The translations under genes and the position numbers were made by a program. Below, piece by piece: positions 31,549 through 40,398 of a DNA stretch of 64,000 bases. The stretch spans positions 558,001-622,000 of the forward strand of contig UYFQ01000032.1 of assembly GCA_900617105.1 (NCBI GenBank), given 5' to 3'. How positions within the stretch are numbered: position 1 is the stretch's first letter; every line of letters begins with the position of its first letter. The notes under the pieces are model-generated. The model was not told where the DNA came from. It did no database searches and was given only the letters and a program-made list of their open reading frames with translations. This stretch comes from Hydrurus foetidus (lineage: Eukaryota).

Positions 31549-32148
31549 ATGTCCTCAGATTTTGCGCTCACCAACCTCACGCACCACTTCCTGATAGCGA
31601 TGCCCACCCTGGAAGACGATGTGTTTGCCCGCAGCGTAGTCTACCTGTGCGAGCACAGCGAACGCGGCGCGTTGGGCCTCGTCATCAACAAACCAGGTGA
31701 CATCAACCTGCGCCACCTGTTCGATAAAGTCGAACTCCCCTTGCGCCGCGAAGACCTGATGGAAACCCCCGTGCTGCAAGGTGGCCCAGTGCAAACCGAT
31801 CGGGGCTTTGTTCTGCACGAAGCCGTTTTTTCCGATGCCGACAAGCCCGCTGATCCGGTGTATGCGTCCACGATGGCCATCCCCGGCGGGCTGGAGATGA
31901 CCACGTCCAAAGACGTGCTGGAGGCACTCTCCAGCGGTGCTGGCCCTCGCAAAGTGCTCATCACCCTGGGCTATGCCTCGTGGGGTGAAGGCCAGTTAGA
32001 GAGCGAAATCGGCGAAAATTTTTGGCTTACTGTCGCGGCTGACCGCACCGTCCTCTTCGACACCCCCATCGCCGAGCGCTACGACAAAGCCCTGGCTTTG
32101 CTGGGGATGCAGGCCTGGATGCTCTCTACCGAAGCGGGGCACGCATGA
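31549..32148 (+). CDS. YqgE/AlgH-family protein
   Basis: HFLIAMP, SVVYLCEH..GALGLVINKP, GGPV..RGFVLH, LGYASWGEGQLESEI, GHA end. Confidence 0.93.
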   Translation: MSSDFALTNLTHHFLIAMPTLEDDVFARSVVYLCEHSERGALGLVINKPGDINLRHLFDKVELPLRREDLMETPVLQGGPVQTDRGFVLHEAVFSDADKPADPVYASTMAIPGGLEMTTSKDVLEALSSGAGPRKVLITLGYASWGEGQLESEIGENFWLTVAADRTVLFDTPIAERYDKALALLGMQAWMLSTEAGHA

Positions 32149-32558
32149 GCCTGCCGCCGCTGGACGTACCGCCCCATTTCACAAGTTTTCTCGCTTTCGA
32201 CTACGGCACCAAACGCACCGGTGTGGCCTCGGGCAATCGTCTGCTGGGGCAGGCCACGCCGCAAGCCACGGTCAAAGCCGAGGGCGATGCCCGCTTCCCG
32301 CTGATTGCCGCCCGCATCAAAGAATGGCAGCCCGATGCGCTGGTGGTGGGCGTGCCGTTCCACCCCGACGGCGCACCGCACGAGAACACCCGCTTGGCCC
32401 AGCGCTTTGCCCGCCAACTGCGGGGGCGCTTTAACCTGCAGGTTTACGAGGTCGATGAGCGCTACAGCACCACCGAAGCGCTGGCTGGTGGCGCGAAAGA
32501 CGCGGACGCCGCCTCAGCGTGCATCATTCTTGAACAATTTTTAAGGCAGCTTTCATGA
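32145..32558 (+). CDS. ruvX: Pre-16S rRNA nuclease YqgF/RuvX
   Basis: LAFDYGTKRTGVA, VVGVP, VDERYST, DAASACIIL. Confidence 0.93.
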   Translation: MSLPPLDVPPHFTSFLAFDYGTKRTGVASGNRLLGQATPQATVKAEGDARFPLIAARIKEWQPDALVVGVPFHPDGAPHENTRLAQRFARQLRGRFNLQVYEVDERYSTTEALAGGAKDADAASACIILEQFLRQLS

Positions 32559-33070
32559 GCCAACCGGGTGTTTTACTTTTAGATGCAGAAGCGCTGTACC
32601 GCGAATTTCTGCGCGGCGTTCAGCAGTTAATCAGCCAACACCAGGGCAACTGCCATCTGGTCGGCATCACTTCGGGCGGCGCGTGGCTGGCCCAACGGCT
32701 GCACCAGGATTTAGGCATTGCCGGTGCGCCCGGCATCATCTCGTCCGCCATGCACCGCGACGATTACCAACGCCGTGGCTTGGCTGCGGGCAGTGGCCAA
32801 ACCCAGCTCACGTTTGATGTGAACCATACCCACATCATCTTGCTCGACGATGTGCTGCAAACGGGCCGCACCATCCGCGCCGTCATCAACGAGCTGTTTG
32901 ACTATGGCCGCCCGTCCAGCGTGCAGCTCGCCGTGTTGGTAGACCGTGGCGGGCGCGAACTGCCACTGCAACCCGACTACGCCGCCGCCCGCATCGCCCT
33001 GGCTCCCACCCAGCTGCTGGCCCTGGCCCGCAGCGAGACGGGTGCTTTCAGCTTCCACGTAGAAGCCTGA
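32555..33070 (+). CDS. pyrR: PyrR / uracil phosphoribosyltransferase
   Basis: HRDD, LLDDVLQTGRTIRA, LVDRGGRELP. Confidence 0.92.
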   Translation: MSQPGVLLLDAEALYREFLRGVQQLISQHQGNCHLVGITSGGAWLAQRLHQDLGIAGAPGIISSAMHRDDYQRRGLAAGSGQTQLTFDVNHTHIILLDDVLQTGRTIRAVINELFDYGRPSSVQLAVLVDRGGRELPLQPDYAAARIALAPTQLLALARSETGAFSFHVEA

Positions 33071-33092
33071 ACCCGCTCTTTAGGACTTCTTC

Positions 33093-34055
33093 ATGCTCTA
33101 CAAACGCAACCCCCAACTGAACAAAAACGGCGAGCTGATTCACCTGCTCTCCATCGAAGGCCTGCCCAAAAGCATCCTGACCCACATCCTCGACACCGCC
33201 GCCAACTTCGTCAGCGTGAACGACCGTGAAGTCAAAAAAGTGCCCCTGCTGCGCGGCAAAAGCGTGTTCAACCTGTTCTTTGAGAACTCCACCCGCACCC
33301 GCACCACCTTTGAGATCGCCGCCAAGCGCCTGAGCGCCGACGTGATTAACCTGGACATTGCCCGCTCCAGCGCCAGCAAAGGCGAATCCCTGCTCGACAC
33401 CATCGCCAACCTGAGTGCGATGGCCGCTGACCTCTTTGTGGTGCGCCACAGTGAATCCGGTGCCCCCTACCTGATCGCCCAGCATGTCGCGCCGCACGTC
33501 CACGTCGTCAACGCAGGAGACGGCCGCCACGCCCACCCCACGCAGGGCTTGCTGGACATGTACACCATCCGGCATTACAAAAAAGACTTTGCCAACCTCA
33601 CCGTCGCCATCGTCGGCGACGTGCTGCATTCGCGCGTAGCCCGCTCTGACATCCACGCCCTGACCACGCTAGGCTGCGCAGAGGTGCGCGTCGTCGGCCC
33701 CAAAACCCTGGTGCCCAGCGACATGGCCCACATGGGCGTGCGCGTCTGCCACACCCTGGAAGAAGGCATCAAAGATTGCGATGTGGTCATCATGCTGCGC
33801 CTGCAAAACGAACGCATGAGTGGCGCCCTGCTGCCGTCCAGCCAAGAGTTCTTCAAAAGCTACGGCCTCACCCCCGAAAAGCTCCAACTCGCCAAGCCCG
33901 ACGCCATCGTCATGCACCCCGGCCCCATCAACCGAGGCGTGGAGATTGATTCCGCCGTGGTGGACGGCAAACAAAGCGTGATCCTGCCGCAAGTCACCTT
34001 CGGCATCGCAGTGCGTATGGCGGTGATGGGGATCGTGGCGGGGAATGAGGCTTAA
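33093..34055 (+). CDS. pyrB: Aspartate carbamoyltransferase catalytic subunit
   Basis: [34 protein letters not shown]. Confidence 0.98.
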   Translation: MLYKRNPQLNKNGELIHLLSIEGLPKSILTHILDTAANFVSVNDREVKKVPLLRGKSVFNLFFENSTRTRTTFEIAAKRLSADVINLDIARSSASKGESLLDTIANLSAMAADLFVVRHSESGAPYLIAQHVAPHVHVVNAGDGRHAHPTQGLLDMYTIRHYKKDFANLTVAIVGDVLHSRVARSDIHALTTLGCAEVRVVGPKTLVPSDMAHMGVRVCHTLEEGIKDCDVVIMLRLQNERMSGALLPSSQEFFKSYGLTPEKLQLAKPDAIVMHPGPINRGVEIDSAVVDGKQSVILPQVTFGIAVRMAVMGIVAGNEA

Positions 34056-34065
34056 GGTGATGGAT

Positions 34066-34125
34066 GCTATTTTTTTGATAGCCACCACCGAAGGTTTAAT
34101 CTACGCTAATACTTGATTGACTCGA
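34066..34125. repeat. Intergenic copy of the GCTAT-N7-ATAGC element
   Basis: gctat-ttttttg-atagc (34066-34082), core identical to 7314-7330; flank extends to the right. Confidence 0.7.
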
Positions 34126-34159
34126 TTTTCACCCACCTGCCTGCGCCACAAACCTTTCC

Positions 34160-35710
34160 ATGCCGCTAAAGCTCCCCCTCAACATCGCCGACCTGCTGCG
34201 CCAGCGCCGGGTGGAGAGTGCGCGCATGGAATACAAGGCGGGCTGGAACCCTGATCCGGTGTTGCGCACGCTTTGCGCCTTTGCCAATGATTTTGAAAAT
34301 CTGGGCGGTGGCTATGTGGTTTTAGGGCAGGACTGCGATACCCACGGCCAACCGGTTTTCCCGCCAGTGGGACTGCCAGAGAACCAGCTCGACAAGATTC
34401 AGCAAGAACTGCTGGCCTTTTGTCAGCTGATTCAGCCGCCGTATTTCCCCGTGTTGAGTCTGGAGACGATGGAAGGCCGCCATGTGGTGGTGCTGTGGGC
34501 ACCCGGCGGTCAGACGCGGCCTTATAAAGTGCCTGCCAGCGTCACTGCCAAGCACAAAGTTTGGCATTACTACATCCGCCGTTACAGCAGCACCGTGGAA
34601 GCCAAAGGCGAGGCTGAACAAGAGCTGCTGAGCCTGACGGCCAAGGTGCCGTGGGACGACCGCTTTACCCAAACGGCCAGCATGGCCGATTTGTCGCAGC
34701 CGCTGATGCTGGCTTATCTGCACGAGGTTGGCAGTGCGCTGGCTGATGACGGGGTCAAGCTGTCTGTGGACGAGTTGGGGCGGCAAATGAACGTGGTGGG
34801 CGGGCCGAGTGAATCGCCCTGGCCTAAGAATGTAGGGCTGCTGTTTTTCAATGACGCCCCAGACAAGTTTTTCCCTGCTACGCAAATCGACGTGGTGTGG
34901 TTCCCTGAAGGTGCGGGCGGCGATCGGTTTGAAGAAAAAATATTCAAAGGCCCGCTTGACCGCATCATCCGTGATGCACTGAGCTACATCCAGCGCAGCT
35001 ACCTTTTTGAGACGGTCATCAAGCACCCTGACCGTGCCGAAGCCACGCGGTTCTGGAACTTCCCCTATGCAGCGATTGAAGAATCGGTAGTGAATGCCGT
35101 TTACCACCGTTCGTATGAAGAGCGTGAGCCGATTGAGGTGCGTATCAGCCGAACTGAGTTGGTGGTGCTGAGTTTTCCAGGGCCAGACCGCTCGATCAAA
35201 TTAGCCGACTTTGAGGCAGGTCGCGCCGTCAGCCGCCGCTACCGCAACCGCCGTATTGGTGAGTTTTTGAAAGAGCTTGATTTGACCGAAGGGCGCTCAA
35301 CGGGGATTCCGAAAGTTCTGAAGATGATGGCGGCCAATGGCTCGCCTTTGCCGCTGTTTGAGAGTGATGACGACCGCAGTGCCTATGTGATTCGACTGCC
35401 TGTGCATGCGCTGGCGCAGCAGCCTGAAGAAGGGGTGACAGGTCAAGTCACCATGCAAGTCACCATGCAAGTCACCATGCAAGTCGAAGCACTTTTAAAT
35501 GCTGTGGAGGGTGAGATGAGCAGGCGGGATATACAGACCCTATTGAACCTCAAAAACGCAGACCATTGCCGCAAAGCCTACATCGCTCCAGCGCTTGCAG
35601 CAGGCTGCTTGGAGATGACATTGCCTGACCAACCCCAAAGCAGCAAACAGCGCTACCGCCTCACCGCTTTCGGCCTGCACAAGCGCCGCGAGTTAGACCC
35701 ACGCGAATGA
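34160..35710 (+). CDS. AlbA_2 (Schlafen-like) + HATPase_c_4-like + C-terminal winged-helix protein
   Basis: VESARMEYKAG..LCAFAN..GGYVVLG; EESVVNAVYHRSY; RYRNRRIGEFLKELDLTEGRSTGIPK; C-terminal LEMTLPDQPQSSKQRYRLT. Confidence 0.85.
   Translation: MPLKLPLNIADLLRQRRVESARMEYKAGWNPDPVLRTLCAFANDFENLGGGYVVLGQDCDTHGQPVFPPVGLPENQLDKIQQELLAFCQLIQPPYFPVLSLETMEGRHVVVLWAPGGQTRPYKVPASVTAKHKVWHYYIRRYSSTVEAKGEAEQELLSLTAKVPWDDRFTQTASMADLSQPLMLAYLHEVGSALADDGVKLSVDELGRQMNVVGGPSESPWPKNVGLLFFNDAPDKFFPATQIDVVWFPEGAGGDRFEEKIFKGPLDRIIRDALSYIQRSYLFETVIKHPDRAEATRFWNFPYAAIEESVVNAVYHRSYEEREPIEVRISRTELVVLSFPGPDRSIKLADFEAGRAVSRRYRNRRIGEFLKELDLTEGRSTGIPKVLKMMAANGSPLPLFESDDDRSAYVIRLPVHALAQQPEEGVTGQVTMQVTMQVTMQVEALLNAVEGEMSRRDIQTLLNLKNADHCRKAYIAPALAAGCLEMTLPDQPQSSKQRYRLTAFGLHKRRELDPRE
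35444..35485 (+). repeat. 12-bp in-frame tandem repeat CAAGTCACCATG x3.5
   Basis: Encodes QVTM QVTM QVTM QV in the interdomain linker. Confidence 0.95.
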
Positions 35711-35760
35711 ACGCCCAAGCCCCATTACATCTGCACTCCCTCTGCATTCCCTCTGAAAAC

Positions 35761-37065
35761 ATGAAAATCCTCATCCAAAATGGCCGCGTCATTGACCCCG
35801 CCAGCAATTTTGATCAAATCTGCGACATAGCGCTTGCTGCTGGACGCTTGGTAGCTATCAACACCATAGCGCCTGATTTCCACCCGCAACGTGTCATTGA
35901 TGCCAAAGGCTGCATCGTGATGCCGGGTCTGGTGGACTTGGCGGTGCGCCTGCGTGAACCTGGCCATGAGCATGCGCGGATGCTGCACAGCGAGATGGCC
36001 GCTGCGGTAGCGGGCGGCGTGACCAGCTTGGTCTGCCCACCCGATACCGACCCGGTGCTGGACGAGCCTGGACTGGTGGAGATGCTGAAATTCCGTGCAG
36101 AAAAACTGCACCAAGCCCGCGTGCTGCCATTGGGGGCTTTAACGCGCAACCTGCAAGGCGAGGTACTGACCGAGATGTCGGCGTTGACCGAGGCCGGGTG
36201 CGTGGGCTTCAGCCAAGCTGAAGTGCCTTTGAGCAACACCCAAGTCCTGCAGCGGGCTTTGCAGTACGCCAGCACCTTTGGCTACACCGTGTGGCTGCGT
36301 CCGCAAGAGCTGCACCTGGGCAAAGGCGTGGCGGCGAGCGGCCCGCTGGCCACACGCTTGGGGCTGGGTGGCGTGCCGGTGGCCGCCGAAACGATTGCGC
36401 TGCACACGATTTTTGAGCTGGTGCGAGCCACCGGTGCCCGCGTTCACATTTGCCGCCTCAGCAGCGCCGCCGGGGTGGAGCTGGTACGCCGCGCCAAGAG
36501 CGAGGGTTTGCAAGTGACGTGCGATGTCAGCATCAATTCGCTGCACTTGACCGATGCAGACATTGGCTTTTTCGACAGCCGCGCCCGCCTGAACCCGCCT
36601 TTGCGCCAGCAGCGCGACCGCGATGCACTGCGGGCGGCGCTGGCTGACGGCACCATCGACGCGCTGGTGTCTGACCACACACCGGTGGACGAAGATGCCA
36701 AAACCCTGCCCTTCGCCGAAGCCGAAGCCGGTGCAACAGGTTTGGAGTTGCTGCTGAGTTTGGCGTTGAAATGGAGCACGGATGCCAAAGACACCTCCTT
36801 GATGCGTGCCCTGGCCGTGCTGACCAGCGAACCCAGCCGCGTTTTGGGTGCGTCGCTGGGCGCATTGCAAACCGATACCGGGCATTTGCGCATCGGCGGA
36901 GTGGCGGATCTGTGTATTTTTGACCCACAAGCCGAATGGGTGGTACAGCCCGACGCGCTGCGCAGCCAGGGCAAACACACCCCGTTTGGTGGCTACGCCC
37001 TGCCAGGGCGGGTGCGTTACACACTGGTGGGCGGGCATATCGCCTATGACGCGAGCGTGGTTTGA
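35761..37065 (+). CDS. pyrC: Dihydroorotase-like protein, probably the non-catalytic PyrC' subunit
   Basis: MKILIQNGRVIDP, NPPLR, SDHTP; HxH metal motif replaced (DLAVRLREPG). Confidence 0.85.
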   Translation: MKILIQNGRVIDPASNFDQICDIALAAGRLVAINTIAPDFHPQRVIDAKGCIVMPGLVDLAVRLREPGHEHARMLHSEMAAAVAGGVTSLVCPPDTDPVLDEPGLVEMLKFRAEKLHQARVLPLGALTRNLQGEVLTEMSALTEAGCVGFSQAEVPLSNTQVLQRALQYASTFGYTVWLRPQELHLGKGVAASGPLATRLGLGGVPVAAETIALHTIFELVRATGARVHICRLSSAAGVELVRRAKSEGLQVTCDVSINSLHLTDADIGFFDSRARLNPPLRQQRDRDALRAALADGTIDALVSDHTPVDEDAKTLPFAEAEAGATGLELLLSLALKWSTDAKDTSLMRALAVLTSEPSRVLGASLGALQTDTGHLRIGGVADLCIFDPQAEWVVQPDALRSQGKHTPFGGYALPGRVRYTLVGGHIAYDASVV

Positions 37066-37076
37066 ATGAGCGCACC

Positions 37077-37826
37077 ATGAAAGTAATGCGACAAGCATCT
37101 GCGGTCTGGAAGCTGCTGCGTGTGCTCTTACATGTGCTGGCCGGACTGCTGACTATTTTGCTGCGATTCCCACATCTGAATGCAGCGCAACAGCAGCAAT
37201 GTGTTGTGGCCTGGTCGCGGGGCTTGCTTGCGTGTCTAGCTATCAAATTAGAAGTAAAAGGCGCAGCCTTCAGTGCAGGCCCGGCGCTGCTGATGGCGAA
37301 CCATGTATCGTGGATGGACATCCCCGTCGTCCACGCGGTGCATTACTGCCGCTTTGTAGGCAAGTCGGATTTGAAACATTGGCCGGTGCTGGGCACCTTG
37401 ATTGCAGGTGGCGGCACGCTGTTCATCGAGCGCGAAAACCGCCGTGACGCGCTGCGCATGGTGCATACGATGGCCGACAGCCTGCGCTCGGGCGATGTGG
37501 TTGCGGTGTTCCCAGAGGGCACAACGAGTGATGGCACCGGGTTGCTGCCCTTTCACGCCAACCTGACCCAAGCCGCCATTTCGGCCCACGTGCCAGTGCA
37601 GCCGCTGGCCATGCGGTTTGTCGATGTGGCGACCGGGGCACTCAGCACAGCCCCGGCCTATGTGGGCGAAGACACGCTGCTGCAATCCGTCTGGCGCACA
37701 CTGACCGCACCGCCTTTGACCGTGGTGGTGACGGTGGGCGAGCCACAAACGGCAGACGGGCGCGACCGGCGCAGCTGGACGGCGGCGTTACGTACCGAGG
37801 TTGAACGCTTACGCACAACGCTTTGA
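37077..37826 (+). CDS. Lysophospholipid acyltransferase (PlsC family)
   Basis: NHVSWMD, FIER, VFPEGTT. Confidence 0.9.
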   Translation: MKVMRQASAVWKLLRVLLHVLAGLLTILLRFPHLNAAQQQQCVVAWSRGLLACLAIKLEVKGAAFSAGPALLMANHVSWMDIPVVHAVHYCRFVGKSDLKHWPVLGTLIAGGGTLFIERENRRDALRMVHTMADSLRSGDVVAVFPEGTTSDGTGLLPFHANLTQAAISAHVPVQPLAMRFVDVATGALSTAPAYVGEDTLLQSVWRTLTAPPLTVVVTVGEPQTADGRDRRSWTAALRTEVERLRTTL

Positions 37827-37917
37827 GATATGTAGCGCTTAAACTCTGAACGCCTCAGTGTTAACCCTCTGTCTTTAGCGTCGCGTTCCCTGAACGTGCG
37901 TTTTCTGTGAATTCCCC

Positions 37918-39144
37918 GTGAACTTCAAAAAATTTGTCGTCGGCATCCCCTACCTTGCCTGGGCTGTCACCTACGTCGCACTGTGCTGGGGCTTGTTTGC
38001 CGCCATTTTGGGGGCCGTTACCCCCGAGTTGCGCGATGAGCTGGGCAATTACAAGCAGTTGGGCGTGCTAATGATGGTGTGGGCCTCGGGCAATGTGCTG
38101 GGGGCCATTCAGGGTGGGCGCATTGCGCAGGCTTACCCGGCGAGAACGCTGTTTTTAAGCTACTGCTGCGCAGCGGCAGTGGCGCTCGGGGTGATTGTGC
38201 TGTCACCCGCGTTTTGGGGCATTGCGCTGGGCTTCTTTGGTATTGCAATGGTCGAATCCGCGCTCATCACCCTGGGCCACAGCATCTTGGCGGACGTATA
38301 CACCGAGCCTCAAGCCCGCTCGCGGGTGCTGAGTTTGGTGGACGTGGCCTTCAGTGCGGGCACCATCATCACGCCGGGCTTGGTGATCGGCTTACACCAC
38401 TTCAGTACCAGCTGGCGCTTGCCTTATGCGTTGTTTTTGCTGCCACTGGGTGCCGCCATCCTCGCCTTTGTGCCGCGCAAACCCTTTCAACCTTTTGCAA
38501 CAGCGCATCAGCACGGCGCCGCCAGCCCAGGCGCCGTAGCACCGGCCAGCTACCTGCAACTGATGCGCAACCCCTTGGTGGCTGTCTGCATGGCGGCGGG
38601 TTTGCTGACCGGTTATATCGAGTGGGGCCAGTATTTTTGGTACGTGAGCTACGGCACGCAAACCCAGGCGCTCAGCCCCAATGCAGCGCGGTTTGGGATG
38701 CAATGCTTTGTGACCGGCATGTGTGCGGTGCGCTGCTGGCAGGCTTTCTTCCACAGTGCGTGGCCGCTGGGGCAAAAGCTGTGGCGCTTGAACCTGCTGG
38801 CCGTGCTGGGCTTGGGTGTGGCGGTGCTGGTGCCGCACCACGGCATGGCGATGGTGTACGGCTTGAGCAACCTGCTGTTTGGCATGGGTGTAGGCGTGGT
38901 GTTCCCGATGCTGCTGGCGCTGATGATTGATGCCGCCCCCAGCCAATCGTCCAAATTGTCGGCTTTACTGATGATCAGTGTGACCGGTGGCGCCCAAGTT
39001 GCGGGCCTGCTGATTGGCAGTTTGGCGGACTGGGTGGGCGTGCAGTGGGCGTACAGCACGCTGTGGCTGGCCGGTTTGGCGTTCACGGTGGTGATTTGGC
39101 AACTGCGCCCCGTCAAGAAGAATGGCCTTGCTGCGCTAGCTTGA
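37918..39144 (+). CDS. MFS transporter
   Basis: About 12 hydrophobic segments in 6+6 layout, WRLPY, GSLADWVG. Confidence 0.85.
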   Translation: MNFKKFVVGIPYLAWAVTYVALCWGLFAAILGAVTPELRDELGNYKQLGVLMMVWASGNVLGAIQGGRIAQAYPARTLFLSYCCAAAVALGVIVLSPAFWGIALGFFGIAMVESALITLGHSILADVYTEPQARSRVLSLVDVAFSAGTIITPGLVIGLHHFSTSWRLPYALFLLPLGAAILAFVPRKPFQPFATAHQHGAASPGAVAPASYLQLMRNPLVAVCMAAGLLTGYIEWGQYFWYVSYGTQTQALSPNAARFGMQCFVTGMCAVRCWQAFFHSAWPLGQKLWRLNLLAVLGLGVAVLVPHHGMAMVYGLSNLLFGMGVGVVFPMLLALMIDAAPSQSSKLSALLMISVTGGAQVAGLLIGSLADWVGVQWAYSTLWLAGLAFTVVIWQLRPVKKNGLAALA

Positions 39145-39200
39145 GGGAAGTCTGGCTTATGCTCTTTCGCACAGTCTTATATTGTCCGAAAGCGCCGCAG

Positions 39201-40382
39201 ATGCACCATCCCACTTTTCGCTCCTTGGCTGGCCTGGCCGCATTGACCTTGGGTTTGATGCTCAGCTTGGGGGCATCCAGCGCCAGGGCACAAACCCCTG
39301 ATGCCAATGCCTGCAAGGAAGAATGGCCCGCCTGGAGCGTGTTTCGCAGCCAGTTTGTCGCCCCCGATGGCCGCATCACTGACCCGGAAACACCCCGCGC
39401 CCACACTGTGTCCGAAGCGCAGGCGTATGGTCTGTTTTTCGCCCTGGTGGGCAACGACCGCCCCAGCTTTGAGCGCATCCTGAAATGGACAGAAAACAAC
39501 CTGGCCAGCGGCGATCTCACGGCGCACCTGCCTGCGTGGCAATGGGGCAAGCGCGACGATGGCAATTGGGGCGTGGTGGATGCCAATCCGGCCTCTGACG
39601 CTGACCTGTGGATCGTCTACGCCCTGGGCGAAGCCGGGCGTTTATGGAAAGAACCCCGCTTCACCGCGCTGTCCAGCCTGATCGCTGCCCGGATGTTGCG
39701 TGAATCCACCGCCAATTTGCCCGGCCTGGGCCTCACCCTGCTGCCCGGCCCGCAAGGCTTCAAGGTCGATGGCGAACGCTGGCGGCTCAACCCCAGCTAC
39801 GTGCCACTGCACCTGCTGCGCTGGCTGTCCACGCAGGACAAAAACCCAGCGTGGGCCAAGATCGCGGCGTCCTCACGCAACCTCATCATGGGTTCGGCAC
39901 CCAAAGGTTTTTCGCCCGACTGGATTGTTTACCGTGCCAAACAGGGCTTTGAGGTAGACACCCAAGGCCAAGAACGTGGCGAAGGCGCGTACAACGCGAT
40001 CCGCGTGTACCTGTGGGCCGGACTGCTGTCACCCAGTGACCCAGCCTCGCGTGCCCTGCTCGATGCCTTGGCCCCGATGGCGAAATTCACCGCGCAAAAC
40101 GGCTACCCGCCCGAATCCGTCAACATCATCTCGGGCACAGGGGCCAAACCGGCACCCAGCGGATTTTCAGCCGCGCTACTGCCGTTTTTGCAAGCACGCG
40201 GCGACAAGGCCACGCTGCAAGCCCAAATCAACCGCCTGCAAGCCAAACCCATTCGGCCCAAAGCCTATTACGAGCAGGCACTGAGTTTGTTTGGGCTAGG
40301 GGCTTATGAGGGCTTTTACAAATTTGCAGCGGATGGCCGCTTGGTGCCGAAGTGGCGCGTGGCGTGTAAGCCAGGGACGTGA
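39201..40382 (+). CDS. Glycoside hydrolase family 8, BcsZ-like, with signal peptide
   Basis: TVSEAQAYGLFFAL, WTENNL, LPAWQWG, NPASDADLW, LNPSY, YNAIRVYLWAG; start uncertain (39159 or 39201). Confidence 0.88.
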   Translation: MHHPTFRSLAGLAALTLGLMLSLGASSARAQTPDANACKEEWPAWSVFRSQFVAPDGRITDPETPRAHTVSEAQAYGLFFALVGNDRPSFERILKWTENNLASGDLTAHLPAWQWGKRDDGNWGVVDANPASDADLWIVYALGEAGRLWKEPRFTALSSLIAARMLRESTANLPGLGLTLLPGPQGFKVDGERWRLNPSYVPLHLLRWLSTQDKNPAWAKIAASSRNLIMGSAPKGFSPDWIVYRAKQGFEVDTQGQERGEGAYNAIRVYLWAGLLSPSDPASRALLDALAPMAKFTAQNGYPPESVNIISGTGAKPAPSGFSAALLPFLQARGDKATLQAQINRLQAKPIRPKAYYEQALSLFGLGAYEGFYKFAADGRLVPKWRVACKPGT

Positions 40383-40398
40383 GCGTAGGCGTGAAGCG

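Noticed and set aside
35444..35485. Possible CRISPR mini-array
   Set aside because: Head-to-tail 12-bp units with no spacers, in frame in a CDS, and no cas genes.
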